NCBI GenBank assembly: GCA_947448865.1
Contig: CANFOW010000003.1
Span: 1,994 to 65,993, forward strand
Direction: 5' to 3'
DNA: 64,000 nucleotides
DNA from: Actinomycetota bacterium
Lineage (GTDB): Bacteria > Actinomycetota > Actinomycetes > S36-B12 > UBA5976
The position numbers and the translations under genes are program-made. Below, piece by piece: positions 47,186-56,657 of this stretch. The first letter of the stretch is position 1. Every line of letters starts with the position of its first letter. The notes beneath the pieces are model-generated. The model was given only the letters and a program-made list of their open reading frames with translations. It was not told the origin of the DNA and ran no database searches.

Positions 47186-47512
47186 ATGGCAAGACCCATG
47201 ACAACTGTTCCACTGCTTCTTAGAGATTTAACCGCATTCGAGCACACTGTCTTAGAGCACGTGTGCGAAGGCAAAACCAATGCAGCCATTGCGCGAGATA
47301 CCGGACACACTGAAAAGGTCGTCGAAAATACCGTTAGTCGCACGGCACAAGCATTTACGCTTCCGAATGGCAAAGATACGAATGTTCGCGTTCTGCTAGC
47401 GCTCGCTTACCGATCGCATTTCGGAGATAAAGCATTCGACAAATTCGGTATCGAATGCCAATACGTAGAGATTGGCCCTGATGGGCAACGCTCGTGCAAC
47501 CGGCACGTTTAA
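47186..47512 (+). CDS. stand-alone LuxR/GerE-type HTH protein
   Basis: LTAFEHTVLEHVCEGKTNAAIARDTGHTEKVVENTVSR is a GerE-type HTH. There is no receiver or ligand domain. The start is uncertain (47186 or 47198). Confidence 0.55.
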   Translation: MARPMTTVPLLLRDLTAFEHTVLEHVCEGKTNAAIARDTGHTEKVVENTVSRTAQAFTLPNGKDTNVRVLLALAYRSHFGDKAFDKFGIECQYVEIGPDGQRSCNRHV

Positions 47513-48654
47513 ATAGTTTCAGAAGTTTCCGCAGGTTCCGAAGTCTCAGAAGTTTTAGCTGGTTCAGTTGAATCTTTCACCTGTGCCAGCGCTTCTTTCA
47601 AACCGTGATAATCCGGATCATCAGCCAAAATCTTCTCAAGGTCTTTTCGAGCAAGTGCCTTCTTGCCTTGTGCCAGGTACGAGTCAGCTCGTTCTAGCAA
47701 TGCGCGGTGCCGTAATTCGGGCGTACGCGACTTACTCTTGAGCGCTTCCTTGAAAGTTTCGGCGGCGGCATCGAAGTATTCCTGCTCGCGAAATGCCACC
47801 GCCCGATAAATCATGAGAAGGCAAGTGATGTCATCCGTATTGGTTTGACCAGTCGTGAGCGATACCACATCGCTCCACGATTTCTTTTGCACGAGAATAT
47901 CCGCAACACTCAACATTGACACAGGCGTCACTGGCAAAGTCCGAACTACATCTAGAGCCTTGTCGAGTTTGTCTTGGATTTGCAAAATTTCAACGTAAAG
48001 CAATGCCAGCGTTGTCTCATCCAATGGCAAAACGGACGACACACCATCAGCGATTCCCACTTCAACGTGGTTATGTGACAAGTACTTCACAAAAAGCGAA
48101 TCAGTAAAAATTCTCGATCGCTCGTTCCAGAGTTTTTCAACAAACTCTTCGGCCTTGGGGTAATCCTCGTTGTGCACCGCGACTACTACGCCAAGTAAAC
48201 CGGCAGCTGCAAATGTCTCGGGATGTTGCGCAATTAAGTTGCTAAAAGTTTCAACATTTGTGTCGTGAATGGCGTCGTAGAAATCTCGTTCATAGCCACG
48301 CGCTAACAGGCTAGGTGCAGCACCTGTCACCACTGGACTATGCCCTGAGTCAGTCGAAGACGTACCCGACGAATCTGGATCAGGAGACGGGGACGGAGAT
48401 GGAATGGCATACTGCGTTTCCTCTGATTCTCGCGGCTGTGTGATGCGCTCGCGATTTGTTTTGTGATGAGTCGGAACCGTTGTCACATATGAAATTCCAG
48501 TTCCAGGTAATCCCACAGTGCGTGTCACACGACCTGATGCGCCATGCGTAATGCGAAATCCGTTTACACCAATTGAGGTGCCTATTCCCCGTGGACTAAT
48601 TGTCAGGCTAAGTCCAGGTAGTACTTTGATGCGCTTGCGGAAGCGAAGACCCAT
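47509..48654 (-). CDS. DUF4236 N-terminal domain protein with a TPR-like C-terminal region
   Basis: MGLRFRKRIKVLPGLSLTISPRGIGTSIGVNGFRITHG is DUF4236-like. It is followed by a Pro/Ser linker, then helical repeats. Confidence 0.55.
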   Translation of the reverse strand: MGLRFRKRIKVLPGLSLTISPRGIGTSIGVNGFRITHGASGRVTRTVGLPGTGISYVTTVPTHHKTNRERITQPRESEETQYAIPSPSPSPDPDSSGTSSTDSGHSPVVTGAAPSLLARGYERDFYDAIHDTNVETFSNLIAQHPETFAAAGLLGVVVAVHNEDYPKAEEFVEKLWNERSRIFTDSLFVKYLSHNHVEVGIADGVSSVLPLDETTLALLYVEILQIQDKLDKALDVVRTLPVTPVSMLSVADILVQKKSWSDVVSLTTGQTNTDDITCLLMIYRAVAFREQEYFDAAAETFKEALKSKSRTPELRHRALLERADSYLAQGKKALARKDLEKILADDPDYHGLKEALAQVKDSTEPAKTSETSEPAETSETI

Positions 48655-48718
48655 GATGACCTCTTTCGTCTAGCAACAGACTATTGGTCATGTCAGACAC
48701 CCAAGACCGGGATTGCGT

Positions 48719-49789
48719 TTATGCATCCACCGTAATGACGACAGAGTGCCAGCCAGTTGCGCCGTCGGGTTCAATATCGCGGACTTGCTCAGTCTGCATT
48801 GCGCCTGTTTCGTCATACGCGCGGACCACAATCGTGTGAAGTCCGACAGGAAGCGGTGTATCAATCCACCATTGTCGCCACGTGGTTTGCGCTAAGTCTG
48901 GACCCAGTGTTGCTGATTTCCAACCGTCGCTGTCGACTTTGATTTCTACTCGCGAGATTCTCGAACGCGGCGCCCAAGCAACACCTGCGACAGTCATGAC
49001 TCCAGCTTTTGTGGTTGTGCCTTGATTAGGTGTGTCAATGCGGGAACCCATCTTCATCGGGCCTTCTTGCGACCACCCTCGCGAAATCCAATAACCCTGC
49101 TTGGTATCAAATCGAGTCAACTCAATTTTCGACAGCCACTTCGTTGCAGATACATATCCGAATAGTCCAGGCACAACTAGGCGTGCTGGAAAACCATGTT
49201 CAGGAGGCAGCACGTCGCCATTCATTCCCACAGCTACGAGTGCATCTCGCCCATCTAGTGCTGTTATTGGGAAGCCTGCCGAGAAATCATCAACTGACCA
49301 TCCCATGATTTGATCCGCATCAGCGTGCGGCTTAGCTTCGGCTATGAGTTCGTCTAGGCGAACACCAATCCAGCGGGCGTTGCCTACGAGCGTGCCACCG
49401 ACAACATTTGATACGCATGCAATCGTTGCATCAACTTCGATGAGCCCTCGATTGATCAGGTCGCGGTACGTCAGAGTCATGGGATTGTCGACCATGCCCG
49501 AAATTTCCAATGACCAGTTTGAGATTTCAGGCGAGTCGATACCTAACGCAGTATCGATCCGAAAGAAATCCGCCGCTGGTGTCACTAACTTCGAGAGTCC
49601 AGAAACCGTTTCTGATGGATCAGTCGGTAGCGCCGGAAGCGGACTTGAAATTGGCGGGAGTGGGCCAAAAACTTGCGGCGAAGAAGACGGCAACGCAGAC
49701 GTTGAGGCCTTGCTTCCGAAAAATTTCCACGAGGCGACAATTCCTACTGCAGAGACCAGGCCTGCTAGGAATGTTCGCCTTGGAGTCAT
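48719..49789 (-). CDS. Tat-exported molybdopterin oxidoreductase (sulfite oxidase/YedY-like)
   Basis: Twin-arginine signal MTPRRTFLAGL. Mo-domain features IACVSNVVGG and FGYVSATKWL. Confidence 0.65.
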   Translation of the reverse strand: MTPRRTFLAGLVSAVGIVASWKFFGSKASTSALPSSSPQVFGPLPPISSPLPALPTDPSETVSGLSKLVTPAADFFRIDTALGIDSPEISNWSLEISGMVDNPMTLTYRDLINRGLIEVDATIACVSNVVGGTLVGNARWIGVRLDELIAEAKPHADADQIMGWSVDDFSAGFPITALDGRDALVAVGMNGDVLPPEHGFPARLVVPGLFGYVSATKWLSKIELTRFDTKQGYWISRGWSQEGPMKMGSRIDTPNQGTTTKAGVMTVAGVAWAPRSRISRVEIKVDSDGWKSATLGPDLAQTTWRQWWIDTPLPVGLHTIVVRAYDETGAMQTEQVRDIEPDGATGWHSVVITVDA

Positions 49790-50067
49790 GTTGTCAGAAC
49801 CTCAATTTCGACAAAGGAAGCAAATGCGTCACCAACGTTTGTGACGTTGTGTGTCACTCCACGATTGCGCGAATATGACTCGCCCGCAACTTGAACATAG
49901 TCGGATTCTTGACCATCAACGAGGGCTCGGAATGTGCCTCCCGTGACTGGCACGACTACATAATCAAACATGTGGGTATGAACGCCGGTTTCTGCACCTG
50001 GTTCGAACTCCCAGCGCATCACACGCAAAACACCATCGTCGGATAGCAAAATCCCTTGGGCTTCCAT
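49786..50067 (-). CDS. cupin domain protein
   Basis: 93 aa with GAETGVHTHMFDYVVVPVTGG ... GVTHNVTN. It has an ATGA overlap with the Mo-enzyme gene. Confidence 0.6.
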   Translation of the reverse strand: MEAQGILLSDDGVLRVMRWEFEPGAETGVHTHMFDYVVVPVTGGTFRALVDGQESDYVQVAGESYSRNRGVTHNVTNVGDAFASFVEIEVLTT

Positions 50068-50188
50068 AATTACTCCACTCTCTTCATCAGGTAGTCATCC
50101 TGAGCCTACGAGTTGCGGACCAATCCTGCATCATGGCCACCTTGCATCCTCATGACTGACTCTAGTTACATCCATTACTCTAAAGAAC

Positions 50189-51931
50189 GTGCCTTCATAC
50201 TCCGAAGTTGATTCAATTTTTGCTGATTTCTTTAACAATTCCGGAGCGCCAGGACTTTCCTATGCGGTAACCCATCGCGGCGAAGTCATCCACGAAGGTG
50301 GACTCGGCGTCACATACAAAGGTGGTGTTGTTCCCAACTCACGCAGCGTCTTTCGCATCGCATCAATGACCAAGAGCTTCACAGCTGCAGCAATCCTGCT
50401 CCTTCGTGATGAAGGTGTCTTGAGTTTGGATGCACCAATCAGTGAGTACCTTCCTGAGATGAAGGCGGTGCCCACTCCGCAAGGTGTTGCTTTAACGATG
50501 CGTCAACTACTTTCTATGAGTGGCGGCTTTCCTACGGATGATGCCTGGGCTGATCGCCAAGAAGCAATGACACCGGATGAATTAAGCAATCTGATGAGCG
50601 CTGGTTTTGATTTCATCTCAACACCCAATACACAATTTGAATACGCCAACCTTGGTTACACATTGAGCGGTCGCGTCATTTCGCAAGTAACCGGAACATA
50701 CTTCACTGACTTTGTTCAGGAACGCATACTTACGCCATTAGCCATGACGAACACTGCGTTCAGAGCCAGCGACATTAATTCGGAACATCTGACCCGCGGC
50801 CATACCAAACGCGATAGCGACTGGATTGAGGAAGATTTTTCTGATGCAGGTGAATTTTCACCACTTGGTGGAATGTTTAGTTGCGTTGACGATCTCGCAA
50901 AGTGGGTCGGTGGATTTGTTAGCGCCTTCGATGACTCCGATGGAAACGCAGCATCACATTCGAATCATCCATTGGCTGCAGCTTCACGTCGTGAAATGCA
51001 ACAGGGCTACCGCATGATTGATACAGCAATTCGTTTTGATGACGACGAATTGATTCGCGCAGACAGTCTTTCGTATGGTTTTGGGTTAATTCACGAGTCA
51101 AACAAACGATTCGGCTCTACTGTGTCGCACTCAGGTGGCTATCCCGGTTATGGAACTCACATGAGATGGCACCTCGCGTCTGGCTACGGAATCATCGCTC
51201 TTGCAAACTCCACGTATGCGCCTTCCAATATGATTGCGCGCAAGGCACACGATGCACTGCTGCGCCAGATTGACGCTCCATCAGCCGTCGTTCGAGTATG
51301 GCCGGCAACACGTAGTGCACAAGACACTGTGTCTGGGCTACTTCGCACATGGGATGACGCAATTGCCACTACGTTGTTTTCAAACAATGTCGACATGGAC
51401 GAACCTCGTGACTTGCGTAAAGCAGCAATAGTCGAAGCTGTGTCCGCAATTGGTGGGCTTGGCGACTTTAAGCGCAGTCATGTTCACACACCATGTTCAT
51501 CAGAAATGAATTGGCGCGAACATGGCCTCAACGGCTATCTCGATGTCACTATTTTGCTCACTGCGTTGCATAAAGTGCAGGAACTCAAAGTCACAGCAGT
51601 TACACACCCCAGCTCTGAACTTGTAGCACGTGCACAAACCTTGATTGAACAATATGCAGATCAGGGCACTTGGGATTCGAGCATCGAGTTCAGCGACCCT
51701 GATGCGAAGCTTGTGGCACTTCGTCAGTTCGCAATTGCCACAGCCCTTGACGCTCCCCTGCAGATGACAGACAACGTCACTGGCAGCAACGGCACTACAA
51801 AGGCTCAATGGGAGATAAGCGGAGCAAAGCTTCGTTGGATGCTAGACGTTGAGCTCGATGGTGAGATTCTGAAAAAAGTCACACTCACGCTTAAACCACT
51901 ACAGGCTTCGGACTACATTCGTAGCGAATAA
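50189..51931 (+). CDS. serine hydrolase (beta-lactamase/class C-related) with a C-terminal extension
   Basis: 580 aa with SxxK motif IASMTKSF and YANLGY. It uses a GTG start. Confidence 0.7.
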   Translation: MPSYSEVDSIFADFFNNSGAPGLSYAVTHRGEVIHEGGLGVTYKGGVVPNSRSVFRIASMTKSFTAAAILLLRDEGVLSLDAPISEYLPEMKAVPTPQGVALTMRQLLSMSGGFPTDDAWADRQEAMTPDELSNLMSAGFDFISTPNTQFEYANLGYTLSGRVISQVTGTYFTDFVQERILTPLAMTNTAFRASDINSEHLTRGHTKRDSDWIEEDFSDAGEFSPLGGMFSCVDDLAKWVGGFVSAFDDSDGNAASHSNHPLAAASRREMQQGYRMIDTAIRFDDDELIRADSLSYGFGLIHESNKRFGSTVSHSGGYPGYGTHMRWHLASGYGIIALANSTYAPSNMIARKAHDALLRQIDAPSAVVRVWPATRSAQDTVSGLLRTWDDAIATTLFSNNVDMDEPRDLRKAAIVEAVSAIGGLGDFKRSHVHTPCSSEMNWREHGLNGYLDVTILLTALHKVQELKVTAVTHPSSELVARAQTLIEQYADQGTWDSSIEFSDPDAKLVALRQFAIATALDAPLQMTDNVTGSNGTTKAQWEISGAKLRWMLDVELDGEILKKVTLTLKPLQASDYIRSE

Positions 51932-51970
51932 GTACGATATACACATCACAACAACCTCGACAGGATCCAC

Positions 51971-52546
51971 ATGCGAAATCGTTCTGCGGCTGTTATCTCG
52001 TCTGCAAAGTTCTTGCTGCTCGTCATTTGGTTGACGGCATTTTCATCAATTTCCAGCGCACAGGACTATCAAGCACAACTTGATGCCGGAACTGATCCCA
52101 AAAACATCAGTACTTTGTTCGGCAATTTGTCATTCCTTGCCTCGTTCGCAATGGGAGCAGCCTGGGTACTTACTGGCCCTTGGCTTCGTGATGCACATGA
52201 TCGAATCTCCGCAACACATCCTGGTCAGATTCGCCAAGGTCGCGCTTGGGCCGTGTGGGGTTGGATTGTTCCAGTTGTGTCGTTATGGTTTCCGCGCCAA
52301 ATGATTGGTGACATGCTCAAGGACAAACGTGTCGATGATGAAGGCGATGCGATTCCACTGAATTCGTGGTGGCTTTCCTGGATTGCTTTTGCCTTGCTGA
52401 GCAATGTGCAATCAGCAATGGAGATCACAAATACAACAATTCACAATCCAATTCGACCAACCTTTGAAATCGCAGGCGCTTGTCTGTTGACCGCTGCCTA
52501 CATGGTGTGGATTCGCATTGTGAAAGCAATTGATGCTGCTTCATGA
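51971..52546 (+). CDS. DUF4328-like membrane protein
   Basis: 191 aa. AWAVWGWIVPVVSLWFPRQMIGDM resembles the DUF4328 core. Confidence 0.4.
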   Translation: MRNRSAAVISSAKFLLLVIWLTAFSSISSAQDYQAQLDAGTDPKNISTLFGNLSFLASFAMGAAWVLTGPWLRDAHDRISATHPGQIRQGRAWAVWGWIVPVVSLWFPRQMIGDMLKDKRVDDEGDAIPLNSWWLSWIAFALLSNVQSAMEITNTTIHNPIRPTFEIAGACLLTAAYMVWIRIVKAIDAAS

Positions 52547-53097
52547 GCGATGACATCACTACCCCTCGGCTAGATTTACTTCGCATTTCACATGACGAAC
52601 TGTTTGCATTAGAAACAATTCCTCCAGAAACTGATCCATTTCTCCTTCGAACATTTTCCAATCCGTTTGAAATCTTGACGGGTGAAACAATCCCTCATGC
52701 GAATCGCATTGCTGATGTGCGAGCTACACCGGAACACATCAAGTGGTACTACAGGCTTATCGTGTGTCGAGCCGACAATGTTCTTATCGGGAGCACTAGT
52801 TTTCATGCCGCACCTGACGATCTCGGCATGCTGGAAATCGGATTAGGAATTACTCCGACTTACACAGGCAACGGATTTGCAACGGAAGCTGTTATCGGCA
52901 TGTGGGACTGGGCTGTTCAACAACCCGACGTTGTGACTCTGCGATACACAGTGAGCCCCGAGAATCTGGCATCACAAGCCATCATTGCGAAGTTTCCGGC
53001 TCAGCACATGGGGCAACAAATCGACGAAGAAGACGGACCTGAAGACATTTACGAAATATCTGCGCAAACCTGGCGAGAGTTTCGCGCTACCAACTAG
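52543..53097 (+). CDS. GNAT family N-acetyltransferase (RimJ/RimL-like)
   Basis: 184 aa with TPRLDLLRIS at the start and GNGFATEAV in the acetyl-CoA region. Confidence 0.55.
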   Translation: MSDDITTPRLDLLRISHDELFALETIPPETDPFLLRTFSNPFEILTGETIPHANRIADVRATPEHIKWYYRLIVCRADNVLIGSTSFHAAPDDLGMLEIGLGITPTYTGNGFATEAVIGMWDWAVQQPDVVTLRYTVSPENLASQAIIAKFPAQHMGQQIDEEDGPEDIYEISAQTWREFRATN

Positions 53098-54710
53098 GCG
53101 CGATGCACAATCTTTCCGCGAGCCACTGTCATTAAGACCGGCAACTCCACAACATCTGCCGGCGCAACAACGGATGGATCGTCCTGCCACATCACAAGGT
53201 CTGCGACATATCCGACCTTTAACATGCCTCGCTCGTTTTGCGCGCCCACCGCAATCGCAGCGTTAACTGTGTAGCCCTCAAGAGTTTGTAACCCTGTTAA
53301 GGAACGAGTCACACCCACTGGACGCGGGTCCGTGACATCGTGTGCGCGGCGCTCTTGCGCTGCAAAGAATCCCATGCGCGGATCATATGGCGCGACTGGC
53401 CAATCGGAACCCAGCACAACAAGCGCACCTGATGCAAACAAGTCGCCGGAACGCCACGCGTGTCCACATCGGGTCGCATCAAGTCGCTGTGACCACGGGT
53501 CAGTCATGTCATGCGCGACCCAGCGAGTGTGAATCGGCTGCATGGATGCTGTGACACCTAGCGGTGCAAAACGAGCCACAGTCGAGTCAGGCGATGTTTC
53601 AATATGCTCAATACGATGCCGCGCAGCTGTCTTTGGCAATGTTTCATACAAGTCGAGGACTTCGCGCACTGCACGGTCACCAATCGCATGTGTTGCAATA
53701 CGGAAACCTTTCGCTTGAAATTCTCGTGCGCGCGAGTGATACAAAGACAAGTCTGGCCACATTGGCTCAAGACCTTCGCCATGCGAGTCTGGATATTCAA
53801 GCCAAGCAGTTCCCGTATCAATAACGCCATCGAGCATGAACTTCACGCCGTCTGCTTGCCAGCCATCGCCTGACATTGATGACGTCTGCAACATTTCCTG
53901 AACTTCATCATCAGGTGTGTACGGATAAATAAAGTGATGCTGCAAAACACGAAGACCAAGTTGCTCGCGCGCTTCAAGTTCACGCAAAGAATCAATGGTG
54001 GACATATCGCCATCCATCATGTGAATCTCTGTAATGCCGACTGCATTTTGATCAGCAATAGTTTTTGCGTACCACGTCAGTCGATCTTCTCGAGTTGGCT
54101 CGGGCACGAAGTCCAGAACTGTACGCATCGCTGCCATTTCAAGTAACTCACCTGTGGGCTTATCTTCGGAGTCACACACGATTATTGATGCATCTTCTAA
54201 TTGTCGAGGAGCATCTACTCCACTGATGCGTAGTGCCACATCATTGACAAAGCCGGTGTGCACATCAAGGGCATACAAAAACATCGGACCAGGACCAGCA
54301 ACCTCGTCAATCAGCGAGTGATGGTAGGTAGCACCTTCAAAGGCGGCGTATTCCAACGCGAATCCCAGCAACCATGCATCTGGACCAATGCGCTCACGTT
54401 CCCGTGCAATGCGCTCCCGGAGCGTCGCGAGGTCGCCTACGCGATCAAGGTCAAGGCCCTGTGCGAACACTGCGCCTTGCAGCAGGTGTTGGTGACCGTC
54501 AGTCAGGCCAGGTGTGACAACGGCGCCGTGGGCATCTAATACCTGGGTTGTGGAGTCACATGCTGCCTGAACGTCGTGGTCTAGCGCGACGATGGTTTTG
54601 CCTTCCCATGCAACGGCGTGGGCAATGGGATGTGCTGGGTTCATTGTGCGAATGCGGGCATTCACAATGGCAAAATCGGCGGTCATAAGGTAATCCTCTG
54701 GCTTGGACAA
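53094..54710 (-). CDS. amidohydrolase (Amidohydro_3 / YtcJ-like)
   Basis: 538 aa with TPGLTDGHQHL, ATHAIGDRAV and GSDWPV motifs. Confidence 0.7.
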   Translation of the reverse strand: MSKPEDYLMTADFAIVNARIRTMNPAHPIAHAVAWEGKTIVALDHDVQAACDSTTQVLDAHGAVVTPGLTDGHQHLLQGAVFAQGLDLDRVGDLATLRERIARERERIGPDAWLLGFALEYAAFEGATYHHSLIDEVAGPGPMFLYALDVHTGFVNDVALRISGVDAPRQLEDASIIVCDSEDKPTGELLEMAAMRTVLDFVPEPTREDRLTWYAKTIADQNAVGITEIHMMDGDMSTIDSLRELEAREQLGLRVLQHHFIYPYTPDDEVQEMLQTSSMSGDGWQADGVKFMLDGVIDTGTAWLEYPDSHGEGLEPMWPDLSLYHSRAREFQAKGFRIATHAIGDRAVREVLDLYETLPKTAARHRIEHIETSPDSTVARFAPLGVTASMQPIHTRWVAHDMTDPWSQRLDATRCGHAWRSGDLFASGALVVLGSDWPVAPYDPRMGFFAAQERRAHDVTDPRPVGVTRSLTGLQTLEGYTVNAAIAVGAQNERGMLKVGYVADLVMWQDDPSVVAPADVVELPVLMTVARGKIVHRA

Positions 54711-54753
54711 ACTCTTTTCTCACAACCACCCTATTGGGATATACATTGGTTGC

Positions 54754-55452
54754 ATGAGTATTCACATTGCAGCCCAGCCGGGTGACATCGCCGACACAAT
54801 CTTGCTTCCAGGAGATCCCCTGCGGGCTCAATGGATTGCCGAAAACTTCCTTGAGTCACCTGTGCGTTACAACACTGTGCGCAACATGTTTGGCTTCACG
54901 GGCACTTACGAAGGAAACCGCGTTTCTGTGCAAGGCACAGGAATGGGGGTTCCTAGCTTGTCGATTTATGTCAACGAACTGTTTCGCGATTACGGAGTTC
55001 AGACTGCGATTCGCGTAGGTACATGTGGCGGACTTGCTGGTACTCAGTTGCGTGACGTTGTGATTGCAATGACCTCGTCTACAGATTCAGGCACAAATCG
55101 TCGCATGACCGGCGGTTTGGATTACGCGCCAGTTGCTAACTACGAACTGCTTGAAAAAGCTGTGCAGTCAGCGCGCACTCAGGATCTGAACTTCCACGTT
55201 GGTGGAATCGCAACAATGGATTTGTTCTACGACGACTCGAATGCTGTTCAGGTTCTCGAAAGCCTCGGCGTGCTTGCACTCGAAATGGAAACCAGTGGCT
55301 TGTACACACTTGCTGCTAAGTACCGTCGACGTGCGCTAACGATTTGCACGGTCAGCGACATGGTGGCGACTCACGAAGCAACTGACTCGCAGGAACGCGA
55401 ACAAGGTTTCCGTGCCATGGTCAAGGTTGCACTGGATGCAGCGTTTAACTAG
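54754..55452 (+). CDS. deoD: purine nucleoside phosphorylase, DeoD type
   Basis: MSIHIAAQPGDIADTILLPGDPLRAQ...SVQGTGMGVPS...LEMETSGLY. I prefer the ATG at 54754. Confidence 0.8.
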   Translation: MSIHIAAQPGDIADTILLPGDPLRAQWIAENFLESPVRYNTVRNMFGFTGTYEGNRVSVQGTGMGVPSLSIYVNELFRDYGVQTAIRVGTCGGLAGTQLRDVVIAMTSSTDSGTNRRMTGGLDYAPVANYELLEKAVQSARTQDLNFHVGGIATMDLFYDDSNAVQVLESLGVLALEMETSGLYTLAAKYRRRALTICTVSDMVATHEATDSQEREQGFRAMVKVALDAAFN

Positions 55453-55482
55453 CTGCGAGTTTGTTTAACTAGCTGCGAGTTT
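55443..55482. repeat. perfect 20-bp tandem duplication spanning two convergent stop codons
   Basis: GTTTAACTAGCTGCGAGTTT appears twice, at 55443-55462 and 55463-55482. Confidence 0.9.
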
Positions 55483-56550
55483 CTTGAGTTGATTAAGAGT
55501 TCCAAACCACACATCAAGATCTGTGCGGGTCGACGGCACTCCAGTTAATTTTCCGTCGCTGGTGAATTGCCAAAACTTCCACGAGGTTCCCCAAATCGGA
55601 ACAGCGCGTGGTTTTGTGCCAAGCTTTGGACCCCAACTCGCGACCCATAATGTGTAGCGCGAGAAGTCAAAAAATTCCGTCGGTGCCGCAGGTCCTTTTG
55701 TGACATGAACGGCGTTGAGATTGTTAACAAAGTATCCGTTGGCATAAATCATTGGCCGACGACCCGATAGACGTTCGAACTCAAGTAAGAAATCACGAGT
55801 CCATTCGCCAGTCTGTTTCCAACTCCATCCACAGGGACGCTCTTCAAAGTCCAAAGTCAACGGCAAATCGCCTTTCGGATTTCCGAGTGACTGGCTTAAT
55901 GCAACTTTGGCTTGGAGTTTGGCGTCTGCGAGTCGGTGCGCGGTTGCTTGCTTTACTCGCGATGTGTTTGTTCGGTTTGCCTTAGGAACAATCATTTCGC
56001 CGGCAGCCATTTGGCCAGGTACTGCGTAATGATATGGCCCGATTATTAATCCAGCCGATTTGGCCGCGGCGCTATCGATCTTGAACCAGTACTTTGACTT
56101 GCCGGAGTCACGATTTCCGCCATCCGAGCCTTTTATGAATACAAATGAGATTGCGTACTTTGATTTCAAACCCACAAAGTTAATTGGCTTGTCCGACGGA
56201 TGCTGCCACATCGAAATATCGATTCCAGCGACTGGGTTTGTGAAGCCCTGGGCTTTCCAGCTAATGGCGTTCCGCTTGACCACCGATGGGTTGGGATTAG
56301 GCGGATACGAGCAGGATTTGTAGGACGCAGGAGCAAGCGCCGACTTTGCTTGCACCGCAGAAGACTGTGCCGAGGAATATTGCGCCAAAGCAGGCTGTGC
56401 CGTAGATGTTTTCGATTCTGTCGGTTGGGCAACAGATGTCCCCACAAAAGCGGACATCATCACGACGCCGACTAAACCTGACACCACAATCCTTCGCACC
56501 TCTTGATTGTAGGCACACCTCATTAAATCTTCGCTTCTGCCCAGAATCAT
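55465..56550 (-). CDS. secreted GH25-family lysozyme (muramidase)
   Basis: GIDISMWQH...FVFIKGSDG is GH25-like. It has a signal peptide and an Ala/Ser/Gln linker. An alternative start lies at 56523. Confidence 0.55.
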   Translation of the reverse strand: MILGRSEDLMRCAYNQEVRRIVVSGLVGVVMMSAFVGTSVAQPTESKTSTAQPALAQYSSAQSSAVQAKSALAPASYKSCSYPPNPNPSVVKRNAISWKAQGFTNPVAGIDISMWQHPSDKPINFVGLKSKYAISFVFIKGSDGGNRDSGKSKYWFKIDSAAAKSAGLIIGPYHYAVPGQMAAGEMIVPKANRTNTSRVKQATAHRLADAKLQAKVALSQSLGNPKGDLPLTLDFEERPCGWSWKQTGEWTRDFLLEFERLSGRRPMIYANGYFVNNLNAVHVTKGPAAPTEFFDFSRYTLWVASWGPKLGTKPRAVPIWGTSWKFWQFTSDGKLTGVPSTRTDLDVWFGTLNQLKKLAAS

Positions 56551-56657
56551 CGCATTTTTAGACCTATTTCTTTACTCACTGCATACGTTGAGGTGTTTAG
56601 GGGAAGGCTGGTGGCTAAGTTACGATTAAGTACCGAATCGGGGGAAGAGAAAAGAGC

